Assembly (NCBI RefSeq): GCF_001194135.2
Contig: NC_068986.1
Location: 112,881,746 to 112,945,745 of the forward strand
Length of the DNA: 64,000 bases
Direction: 5' to 3'
DNA from: Octopus bimaculoides
Lineage: Eukaryota
Position numbers and translations under genes: made by a program. Below the pieces are notes generated by a model. The model was not told where the DNA came from. It made no database searches and saw only the letters and a program-made list of their open reading frames with translations. Below are positions 52,401 to 64,000 of this stretch, one piece after another (position 1 is the first letter of the stretch; each line of letters opens with the position of its first letter).

Positions 52401-53801
52401 ATTAATCATTCAAGTAGTTCACATCTGTCCCCGACAAAATACACACACACACACACGCACACATTAAAACGTACACATACCATCTCTCTTAATCATAAAT
52501 ACACACTCATACAAAATATTTACGTACAATCACTCATTACATTCAAATACGTGTGTGCGTGTGTATGTGTGCAAATATATTTGTATACCAATTCACTTCT
52601 AACACAGCTCTATACACACACATAATGCTTCATTCATATGCCGTAGTATTTCTTCTAAGATGCAATTTGTGTAGATAACACTTGAAGAACACGGTAACTA
52701 AGGCAACAAATTACATTGGCTTCAACCTTATCGATTGTTTGTCTTTGGCAAAATGCTTCGATTTCCCCATCTTCCCCACCCCTCGCCAATAAAATGGCTG
52801 CTAGACATTACCCATCACACTCGGTAAAATTGTGAATATAATACTTCCGTGTTGGATAGCTTGCACATTTGATATTTTTGGACTTGTAACCTTTTCAGGT
52901 TTCCTCAAGTGTAGAATTCAAAATCGAAGCCAGCAGACTCTTGGAGAATTCGTTGAGATAACTTGCCATTGTTAATCGCATCAACTTTGATTAAATACTC
53001 CAACAATTTTTTCTATATTGTTGAATACAACATACAGTCCTGTTGTTATAGTGAAACACATTATTGTATCAGAAACTGTATATATGTATACATACACACA
53101 TGTATATATATNNNNNNNNNNNNNNNNNNNNNNNNNNNNNNNNNNNNNNNNNNNNNNNNNNNNNNNNNNNNNNNNNNNNNNNNNNNNNNNNNNNNNNNNN
53201 NNNNNNNNNNNNNNNNNNNNNNNNNNNNNNNNNNNNNNNNNNNNNNNNNNNNNNNNNNNNNNNNNNNNNNNNNNNNNNNNNNNNNNNNNNNNNNNNATAT
53301 ATATATATATATATATATACATATATATATACATACATACACACAAGTGCTTGTTTGAGTGTGTATGTTCGTGCTCAAGTAGGTGTATAAGATTGTATGT
53401 ATGCATTGTTTGATCACGTGTTTCTGTGTGAAACCTGAAGAGTTCTTTGATGCCCCTGCAATTCTATGTATATAGATGCTCTTGCATATGAAATGGTTTA
53501 ATCACTACTGTTTACCCATACACACATACGTACATACACACACACACACACACAAATATATATGTGTGTGTGTGTATGTGTATGTATGTATGCATGTATG
53601 CTTGTATGTATTTAAGTATGTATATGTGTATATGTCTCTCTCACACGCGTTTGACGCAATAGAGTCGTTTATTGAAGGTGAGTGACGTGGGTTTGAGAAC
53701 AACGTTTAAAGAAACTTACGAGATGTATGAAAACTTACACTTACATATACTCGACAGATTAGGGGACACAACCACATATATGCACTCACACACACACACA
53801 C

Positions 53802-53852
<51 letters not shown>

Positions 53853-54299
53853 CATATATATATATGTATACATGTTACAGGAATTCAAAAAGCCATAGAA
53901 TGTACTCATGTAGTAAAACATATTTAATTTTTGTGAAAGATCATATTTCGGCATAAAACCACTTAGACGCAGCCTTCTGAATTTTCAGAACTCTACATAG
54001 ACTACGGATTCCATTCTGTTATTTGCCTTCGCTTCCGCACCCTTTTAACCTTCTTCGTTCAGTATGCTTTCGTGAAAGTATAAATACCTAAGCAGGTTCT
54101 CTCTGTAAATATGGTGGTGATGCCATACGGATTGGTTTTCGATTGGATAAACAGTCGACGAAGTGCTGTCTCGATTCCAAGAACTCATGGAGACGGCTTC
54201 GATGCTTTATTTAGGAGCGACATCACAACATTTCCCGGAACAGGGCACCAGTCCCTTAAAGGTTTAACGTTACTCAATTACACTTGAAGAATTATCTCT

Positions 54300-54415
54300 G
54301 AACAGACTGGAGCAAGATAAAATGAAGTGTTTTGCTCAAGAACATTATGTATCGCACAGACCCGGATCCTGAAACGCTATATTACGGTCATGTGTAGAAC
54401 AGCTTAACCACTTTA
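54300..54415 (-). mobile_element. SINE family C-like 5' fragment
   Basis: GACTGGAGCAAGATAAAATGAAGTGTTTTGCTCAAGAACA...GCTTAACCACT is the reverse complement of the head and first body block. Confidence 0.55.
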
Positions 54416-55278
54416 TCAAACAACAAAGCTGAATTACCGAAACTCCTATGTAGGTTGGAGGCTTACAATATGATCAAAATATAGGCCAGGATCAAAATAT
54501 TGCTGGTATTCAAAAAAGGAACCACTTGATGCCTCTTGAACAATTTAGGTATACTAAGTAAATTTAAAATGATAGTCATAAGTTTGTTTTCCACTTCTGA
54601 CATCTGCTCTTATTTTTGAAGGACGAACGTCTTACTAAGTTGATATTTGTATGGGGTTTACATCTTTAGATGATGTTCTAGAAATAATATTTATGAAACG
54701 TTAGAGAATCTCACAATTTGAAGCTGAAAGTCTTTCTATCGAAATATCACAAAATATAGCTTGAGACATTGAGAAGAAAAACCAATAGAATTCGTGAACC
54801 CATTTACGTATATCTCTGTAGTAACTCGCCCCCCCACACACATACACACACACGCACACATATATATATTCTCTTATACACAAATAAATACGCACACATG
54901 TGTATATATATGTATATATATATATATATAAGCNNNNNNNNNNNNNNNNNNNNNNNNNNNNNNNNNNNNNNNNNNNNNNNNNNNNNNNNNNNNNNNNNNN
55001 NNNNNNNNNNNNNNNNNNNNNNNNNNNNNNNNNNNNNNNNNNNNNNNNNNNNNNNNNNNNNNNNNNNNNNNNNNNNNNNNNNNNNNNNNNNNNNNNNNNN
55101 NNNNNNNNNNNNNNNNNNNNNNNNNNNNNNNNNNNNNNNNNNNNNNNNNNNNNNNNNNNNNNNNNNNNNNNNNNNNNNNNNNNNNNNNNNNNNNNNNNNN
55201 NNNNNNNNNNNNNNNNNNNNNNNNNNNNNNNNNNNNNNNNNNNNNNNNNNNNNNNNNNNNNNNNNNNNNNNNNNNNNN

Positions 55279-55318
<40 letters not shown>

Positions 55319-56469
55319 GCATGCGTATGTATGTCTGGGTCTCTTCGACTACATGCCCACACTTTCATAGGTACACATGGAAACATGATCTATGTATAAA
55401 TGTGCACGTGTGTGCAAGATTGGGTCCTATAGCTACGATATTGCGAATGATGTCCGCTCTTCTACAAAGACTGGTTTCGCTGTTATTAAAATTCTCCGTT
55501 ATCGTAGTAAAGAATAACTGTAGGGCGTAAATGTGATGTTGTGACATGCATCCTTATTCAAGTCCTACATTATCGTATGTTCTGAATTTAAAATTGTCTC
55601 CCAATATTCTCAACCCCTCTCTGTTTGACATACAAACGAAACATTTGCATATCCACTATTCTAGACGTCTGAAACGACAGCACTCTATAACTTGAAGAAT
55701 GCATCTAATTACAAAATTATTAATTAATTAATTACAGCCAATTCATCTCTTTCGTGTTCGTCGCTAATTGGAGTTATGTACCACATTTATTGACACGCAA
55801 GGGGATGACAAACGGTTAATTAGCGACACTGAATGATGACAACAGCATAACACTCTAAATTACATACAGAAAACTATTTTCACTAAAGGGCTGGCTGTCT
55901 AAGACTTAAGTAAATTATACTTTCGGCACAGCTTTTTTTTTTTCTTTTTTTTTTGTCAAGTACTTTTCTATAAATAGATCCAAGCTAAACTGGTGAACTA
56001 CGATGGAGGGGAGGGGTTAGCGTGGTAAGCGAGTATTGAAGAAAACTTCAATGAAAACGATACACACATCTTGGGTATTGCGAAACATATATAAAAAGCG
56101 TAGATGAATGTAAATTAGAAAAATATGTTTGGAGTGTAGATGGCTCCGTCGAGTATAGTAAGGAAACCATATAAATACGTTGGATTGAGGGTGCGCGCGT
56201 ATGATTGCGTGCATGTGTGTATACTTGTGTGCCTGTGTGTATGTTTGTGTGTCTCTGTGTGTGTAAATAAATATATATGTAATGGACATGTCATTTACCG
56301 TCTGTCGATATAAGTGTTGTTTAAGTGAAGGCGATTTGGTTAAAAGCATGGGTTAGTGTATTTTTTTTTTATAAGTAGACATACACACGCACATACAGAT
56401 AAGGACATACTTACCTATACAAACATTTACAGTCATATACGCGCATATACATATGCGTATGTATATGCG

Positions 56470-56511
<42 letters not shown>

Positions 56512-56519
56512 GCTGGAAT

Positions 56520-56770
56520 TTACAAAAAAATAAACAAAACAAAAGACGAAGATGGGTGTGTAAACAACAAACTGATGTATTAGTCTAACGCTCGAGAAGT
56601 GAGAAAGTCTTTTACGTTTCGAACCTACGCTCTTCCACAGAAAGGAACACAGAAATGAACAGGGAAAGAAAATAAAACAGTTTTAGTGGCGAGCGATCTA
56701 GCATAGCGAATGCTGGACAGAGGCGTCAGACAGGAGAGCGAGGTAGAAGGGGAGATAATAAAGTAGTGGT
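56520..56770 (-). mobile_element. Probable Penelope-type terminal repeat (pLTR/3' end) fragment
   Basis: Pyrimidine-rich minus strand containing the hammerhead-like cassette CTGTGGAAGAGCGTAGGTTCGAAACGTAAAAG. Assigned from architecture only; no adjoining ORF recognised. Confidence 0.5.
56609..56644 (-). ncRNA. Minimal type-I hammerhead ribozyme-like motif with palindromic stem III
   Basis: CUUU-CUGUGGA-A-GAGC(GUAG)GUUC-GAAA-CG-U-A-AAAG: 4-bp stem I, 4-bp stem II, ACGU palindrome at stem III, A6 replaced by U. Confidence 0.5.
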
Positions 56771-58838
56771 GATCAGATCATGATATCCAGTGACAATATT
56801 GGTCGCTCCTTGAAGAATATAGAATTGCATAGGTCTCAACCACTAGCAAAATATACCAAAAATATTCAATGCCATCCTCTTCAAATCTAGTGAGTGGCCT
56901 TCTCTACGTCGGACACCAACCCAGAATTTATGAGGGACAGTGGTTTAACCTACACTAAATTCAGTAGTCCTTTTCACATTTCTTGTTTTTAATCCTGTTG
57001 TGTTTCTAGCAACCCTCCTCACCAGTTAAGCCAATTTCGTTGGGTGGGTGACGATTTAGTCACCGACGACCCGAACATATTGTAGGTTGTACTGAATAGC
57101 TAAAAAGAAATCAAGCCAATATGTGCGCTTGGAAATGTCTGTCGAAATCGAAACTTAGTCCATCAGAAAACTCCACCATTTGTATTATCCAATGATTTGG
57201 TCAGCTAAAAAGTATGGTGTGTAAATCTATTGTTCCACTTCTCAGTCGCAAAATGCATTAGCTTTCTAGGAAAGACCGATAACACGACTGGTTTTGCTTT
57301 CGACAAAAGTCTGACAAGGATCTTCTCAGCAACTAACAGCATGGTGTTTATGACAATAGTGTTTAAATACACACCATTGATATGGATCACGACTCTCGAG
57401 TCATCTTGAATTACTGTTGGGGCGCGCTTCGATATCAGAAACACGTAAATAGTTTCATGAGATTCGCTTGCAGAAAAGGGTCTTCCAGGCAAACCAATAT
57501 ATGAAATAAATCAAACTGTTTCGTATCTTTTCTTTAGATAAATGAGATGAATACGGCTCAAAAGCTCACGTGTATATGGTGTAGAAGATCACAGCATTTA
57601 TTTAATAAACCGCCAAAGGAAAAGTGCCTAGAAAGAGAAGCAAAATGTATATTAAATGAGAATATTAATACTAAATGAAGAAGTGATGTCATACACATGT
57701 CACTTAACGCAAAGATAGGATGGGTGTAGAGTTTATGATCACAGTTGAATGGATGGCAAAGAACAAAAGTATTTGCAATAAAAACAGTGGTGATGTAAAA
57801 ATTACGGCGATAAACATCTTTGTAGGCGATAAGACAATCACGCTGTGAGTGTTAGCTAGAATACAGGCACATGTCATGAACCATGGGGCTACATGTTCAA
57901 TGATACGAAACAGAACAGTATATATTTAACAGCTAGCTAGCAGATATAGCAACGTAAATAAAACGGAAGCTGTCAGAGCCACGCGATGTGTGCGCGCATG
58001 CACGTCGAGGCAATGTTTTCACTGTCAGTTTTCGGTCTACACGTGGATAAGTTCACTTCCTTTTGTCAATCATATTAGCGTTAGAAATGGGGTAACACAA
58101 TAGATGTTCGAGTGTATGGGTGTAAGTTCGTATATCAGTGAGTGTGCGTGCGTCTATCCTTATATGTCAAAGTGTGTGTGTATGTGAAGGGTGTGTACGT
58201 ATAGATTGAGAGGAAAACATTATAGCGATCGATCGATCCATAGGTAGATAGGTTGCTAGATACATAATCACGCATATCTATTAATTCGTATACATGTTCG
58301 ATTATAAACATTTACATTGTTGCTCGCGTAAGTAAATACACCTCCATATACTACTGATGCGTGATATAAATATATTTATACACACGCACACATACACACA
58401 CATATACACACACGCATACACACACACACATATATACATAGCTATTTATACATAGAGACAAGAGAGAGAGAGAGAGATGATAGATAGATAGATAGATAGA
58501 TAGATAGTCACAAAGATAGAGATATAGATAGCTAAATAGATAGATAAGTTTCTTTATTAGTCACACAGGGCCGAACACAGAGGGGACAAAATACAATGTA
58601 GAGCTTTTCTTTTCGAAAATAGAAAGAAAAAGGAGAAAAATGAAATTCCGATCAAAAGGGATCGTGAGAAAAAAAAAACGTAGGTATATATATATAAATA
58701 TATATANNNNNNNNNNNNNNNNNNNNNNNNNNNNNNNNNNNNNNNNNNNNNNNNNNNNNNNNNNNNNNNNNNNNNNNNNNNNNNNNNNNNNNNNNNNNNN
58801 NNNNNNNNNNNNNNNNNNNNNNNNTATATATATATACA

Positions 58839-58879
<41 letters not shown>

Positions 58880-59507
58880 GGAGATAGACAGACAGACAGG
58901 CAGACATATAGATAGATAGATAGATAGATAGGGTTGAGTGCACATGCGCATAGGTAGGCGGAGTCAAAGTCTATATAATACAACATGTGGACTTGTAAAT
59001 GTACGACGACGTAAAATATATTCTCCACGCCATTCATAATTTCTTCAAACATCATCTGCAGCCACAACATTTGCATACGCACATGCGGCTGAGTACGTGC
59101 GCTTGTATATGATTGTGTGTTTGAGTGTAAATATAAAAATGAACAGATGCTGAAATCATTAAACGCATCACTTTGGTAACCTAACACATGTCGTACTGTT
59201 TAGATGAAAATATAATACCTTATGAATGAGATTCTCCGTCACCCGCCCCGCCATCCCAATACTCGTCATTCTTTGAATGTGATAAGTTGTGCTGTGGGGT
59301 GTAGGGAGAGGGAGGTGTATATATTTAGACAACAAAACACCAAAAACGTACGTTTGTGTATATTTGCACTTGTTTGGATAGGAATTATCTTATAAATATA
59401 TATATTTATACTTACACACACACATACACACACATACACGCATACACACACGGACACATACATACACATACACACACACACATACACACACACATATATA
59501 TATATAT

Positions 59508-60000
59508 GGTGCAGGAGTAGCAGTGTGGTAAGAAGCCTGCTTACCAACCACATGGCTCCGGGTTCAGTCCCACTGCGTGGCACCATGGGTATGTGTCTTC
59601 TACTATAGCCTCGGGCCGACCAAAGCCTTGTGAGTGGATTTGATAGACGGAAACTAAAAGAAGCCCGTCGTATGTACATCTGTGTGCGTGTGTGTGTGAG
59701 GTGTGAGTGTGTGTGTGTGAGGTTTGTGTGTGTGTGTGAGGTGTGTGCGTATATATTCGTGTACGTGCGTGCGTCTGTGTTTGTGTGTTTGTGTGTCTGT
59801 GTGTGTATGTTACCCCAGCATCGCTTGACAACTAATACTGGTGCGTTTACGCCCCCGTAACTTAGCGGTTCGGCAAAAGACGGCGATAGAATAAGTACTA
59901 GGCTTACAAAGAATAAGCCCTAGGGTCGATTTTCTCGAGTAAAGGTGGTGCTCCAGCATAGCCGCAGTCAAATGACTGACACAATTAAAAAAGTAAAAGA
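59508..60000 (+). mobile_element. SINE family A (full length, expanded internal TG-rich tract)
   Basis: Collinear with 712-1148: GGTGCAGGAGTAGCAGTGTGGTAAG...GGGTTCAGTCCCACTGCGTGGCACC...GCTCCAGCATAGCCGCAGTCAAATGACTG. Confidence 0.88.
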
Positions 60001-62296
60001 ATATATGTAGACAACTTCTAATNNNNNNNNNNNNNNNNNNNNNNNNNNNNNNNNNNNNNNNNNNNNNNNNNNNNNNNNNNNNNNNNNNNNNNNNNNNNNN
60101 NNNNNNNNNNNNNNNNNNNNNNNNNNNNNNNNNNNNNNNNNNNNNNNNNNNNNNNNNNNNNNNNNNNNNNNNNNNNNNNNNNNNNNNNNNNNNNNNNNNN
60201 NNNNNNNNNNNNNNNNNNNNNNNNNNNNNNNNNNNNNNNNNNNNNNNNNNNNNNNNNNNNNNNNNNNNNNNNNNNNNNNNNNNNNNNNNNNNNNNNNNNN
60301 NNNNNNNNNNNNNNNNNNNNNNNNNNNNNNNNNNNNNNNNNNNNNNNNNNNNNNNNNNNNNNNNNNNNNNNNNNNNNNNNNNNNNNNNNNNNNNNNNNNN
60401 NNNNNNNNNNNNNNNNNNNNNNNNNNNNNNNNNNNNNNNNNNNNNNNNNNNNNNNNNNNNNNNNNNNNNNNNNNNNNNNNNNNNNNNNNNNNNNNNNNNN
60501 NNNNNNNNNNNNNNNNNNNNNNNNNNNNNNNNNNNNNNNNNNNNNNNNNNNNNNNNNNNNNNNNNNNNNNNNNNNNNNNNNNNNNNNNNNNNNNNNNNNN
60601 NNNNNNNNNNNNNNNNNNNNNNNNNNNNNNNNNNNNNNNNNNNNNNNNNNNNNNNNNNNNNNNNNNNNNNNNNNNNNNNNNNNNNNNNNNNNNNNNNNNN
60701 NNNNNNNNNNNNNNNNNNNNNNNNNNNNNNNNNNNNNNNNNNNNNNNNNNNNNNNNNNNNNNNNNNNNNNNNNNNNNNNNNNNNNNNNNNNNNNNNNNNN
60801 NNNNNNNNNNNNNNNNNNNNNNNNNNNNNNNNNNNNNNNNNNNNNNNNNNNNNNNNNNNNNNNNNNNNNNNNNNNNNNNNNNNNNNNNNNNNNNNNNNNN
60901 NNNNNNNNNNNNNNNNNNNNNNNNNNNNNNNNNNNNNNNNNNNNNNNNNNNNNNNNNNNNNNNNNNNNNNNNNNNNNNNNNNNNNNNNNNNNNNNNNNNN
61001 NNNNNNNNNNNNNNNNNNNNTATATATATATATATATATGTATGTATGTGTGTGTATTTACTTATATGTATTTATATGTATGCATATAATAATATGTATG
61101 TGTATGTGTAGCGGTATTTTGCTATTTATTCGCTTTTGTATATAAATTTGTGACCCGTTATCATACAGCAACTTACGCACACACGACGCTTTGAATACGC
61201 ATACGCGAACATGTGTATGTAAATATGCATGTTTGTGTCTTAATGTGCAGTTGCCTAAACAAATATTGATGTTGCTATGTGCAGCAACTGTCATGAATTT
61301 GTCAGCTTTTTTATATTTTTTTTATTATTTTGTTTATTGTTTATCAGGTTTTCTTTCGACTCATTTTCTGAAGGACCTCCTGCTAACTTGATGTTGAATG
61401 GGGTAATATGATAAAGCTATTAGATCTTGTGACAAACGAGGGAGATTGAGTGAAGGAAGGAAACGATGAAACAATTCACACACAACATAAGACATACATA
61501 GATACAGAGTCGCAAAGGTATATATCATATACATATACATGTGTGTGTGTGTGTGTGATTGTGTGAGTGTAATGAAAGAGACAGTGAGAGCGTAAGAGAG
61601 GGAGAGAAATAGAAGAACGGGTGAGATGTTTGCTTATGTAATACATCAACGTCTAAATCAAAGCTGAAACAACTGTGTCGAGAACAACATTGGATGTAGT
61701 AAAGTGACAAGGAATGGTTAAATATTGAAAATGATTAACTGAAAATATTTGCTTAGTTTATGTATTATGTCACAACACACACACACACGCGCACACTCAC
61801 AAACACACACACCCGCGCATAGCCTAGTTTAATTATTTATAGAAATAATTAATGAAACAGATCTTTATGTTTGTGATTATGACCTTAATTTGTTTTATTT
61901 ATGTTAGTGCTGTTGTCACGTACCACCATCTGCTAGAGACAGCAGTTGTTTGTTATATCGCGTAGAATATTCTAACCGCAGGAATCTCGAAAAAAAAAAA
62001 AAGAAAAACAGCAGTAACAGACAGGATGTTGATGGCTTGTGTATTAATGTTTTACCTGATGTTAAACTATAACAATTAGTCTTACCTAGATAGCGAACAC
62101 GCAGGTAATTAATCCAACATCCATCTCTATTGAAATAAACTCTGTGATTAAATAGATTTTGCAAACCAAACGTTTCATTCCTTAATCAACAAATACTTTC
62201 GTTTGTGTGTCCTTTAAAGTTACAATATTTAAAGTACAATATTTAACGGAGTTTGATATCTTTATTCAGCGATTGCATAGACGGAAAAGAAAATTG

Positions 62297-62595
62297 GTAC
62301 TCCGTCAGTTATGGCGACGGGGCTTTCAAGTGTTCACATCAGTGGAACAGTCTGTTCGTTGAATGATCTTGCAACTGGCTGAGTACTTCACGGTCACGTG
62401 TCCCCTTAACGTAATTCTCAGAGAGATTCAGCGTAACGCAAAATAAGACTAGACAGACCCCTTTGAATGACAGGTACATCTAATTTTTGCCAGCTTGGTG
62501 GACAGGAGCAACGTGATACAGCACACCGCCAATAATCGAACTCACAGCCATTCGGTCATGAGCCGACTACCCTAAAATCTAACCCACGCGCCTTC
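62297..62595 (-). mobile_element. SINE family C, degenerate full length
   Basis: Minus-strand head GAAGGCGCGTGGGTTAG...GTGAGTTCGATT and tail ...CCGTCGCCATAACTGACGGAGTAC match the other family C copies. Confidence 0.75.
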
Positions 62596-64000
62596 CTGAT
62601 CTCATAGATATCCCCTCGTTGAATCGCGATTTCGTATTTCTTGTGGTTGTTATAAAGTTTTAAAGGTTGTTGTCAGATGTCAGTAGGACAGCCATTGGCT
62701 GGGATTCGATTTTAAACTTATATTTTTCTGCAAAATAGCAATATGCCAATACATTTCATTCCAATAACGGTGTAATTTCAGGTAGGGACGATGTTTTCAG
62801 CAATTGGTTGATGTGCATGTTGGTAGAGTATCGGATGACGATAAAATTGCCTTTTTGTTCGCAATATGATCCTCTCCTTTTTTTTTTTTTACTGGGACTA
62901 AAAAACATTGCAAATAAATCCACGTCCATCACGTCATGTTGTCTTGAAATATGCTGTTAATGATTTAATGTGTTTATTGATAGCCGAAGTTTAAATAACG
63001 TGTGTGACGCATTTCGTAATTTCCATGAGATATTAAGACTAACCTTGACATACCCAACCATAACAAAAGAAAACTGCAACAAACGTAGCATAAGAAATTC
63101 ACTTGACTAGTTAGAAGTTGCGTTAATTAACGACTTATTATCTCATAAATCGAGAGGTACACATTAAATAATATATCTTGGCTTTCATATGCGATAATCA
63201 CTTAGAGAAACCGGATTGTCTTCGATGAAAGGCCTTTTAATCACCGGGTCAATCCCTGAAGGTCAAGCTGGAGGTGAACAATAGAATTTATCCCGCGTCT
63301 CCCATTTTTGAATAACATTTACCAATGCCACCAGATGAGTTTGAGTTCCTGAGGTGAGAGTTTGATGCATGTCACCCCCACCGCAGCCTATTCCATAAAT
63401 ACTTCTCATCCATATCGTTATCAATGTTGAGTATTTCAAATTTCTGCGACGGTTTTCCTAATGGTTTTTGTCATTTAATGCCAATCAAAATGTTTTGGTC
63501 TACCTATGAACACAATAGACTTTTCGAAGAATCGCGCAGTAGAATCGATCCAAGACCACACAGTTTCCGAGTGAACTGCTTCATCAGAACATCGAGTATA
63601 GTCATTAATAACAAACGAAATCTCTCATGAATTGCAGATATATTTCAGTATTAAGAATGGTAGGGGAGTATTCTCAGACTGATGGATAGTCCGTCTAAAT
63701 TTAGGAGCGCCATCTAGTAGCAATAAATAGAAATATAATTAATCATTTATTCTAGAAGGTCGATTAGCAACGGTGTAAATGATATTCAAATAAACACCTA
63801 AGCTTTCGGATTAATGTGACGAGATTACAGAAACAAATTTGCCTACTATAATAATTAAAAATCTGTTAAAAGCGCCATCACATATGTCTCACCAATCGCT
63901 GAACTAAACTATTTACTAAATGATTCAGCCATCACAGTTTACAACATATTTTTCAAAATTCAGACAATGTTCGATGGGAATCATTGCAGATTAGATGTCC

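Noticed and set aside
54100-54290. GC-richer patch with short open frames on both strands
   Set aside because: No homology recognised and no clear splice signals.
57205-57492. 95-aa non-repetitive ORF on the minus strand
   Set aside because: No motif recognised; its length is within chance expectation.
621-61710. Dozens of ORFs rich in HT/CV/YI/LS/poly-L/poly-S or X
   Set aside because: They are translations of (CA)n, (TA)n, (GA)n, trinucleotide repeats or N gaps, not genes.

Overview
AT-rich, microsatellite-saturated animal genomic DNA from a draft assembly, with 13 N-gaps, most flanked by simple repeats. The SINE families look like those of an octopus (inferred from recalled repeat sequences, not checked against a database). 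No host protein-coding gene can be confidently identified, and nearly all ORFs in the supplied track are translations of microsatellites or gaps. The recognisable content is decayed mobile DNA: about 20 tRNA-headed SINE copies or fragments in 5 families, two dead mariner transposons (one Hsmar1/cecropia-like with both TIRs), two MITE-like inverted-repeat elements, remnants of L1/Tx1-like, I/jockey-like and R4-like LINEs, and a Penelope-like element (RT + GIY-YIG). The most interesting signal is three minimal type-I hammerhead-ribozyme-like motifs. One sits in a Penelope-type terminal repeat and two belong to a short non-coding family whose full copy (36993-37272, minus) is a Pol III tRNA-like head + (AAT)n + hammerhead tail, i.e. 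a candidate Penelope-dependent, ribozyme-bearing SINE. Also notable are a 22-unit indel-free 20-bp array carrying ATTGAT/ATCGAT (CUT/ONECUT-type) motifs and one candidate 61-bp exon.
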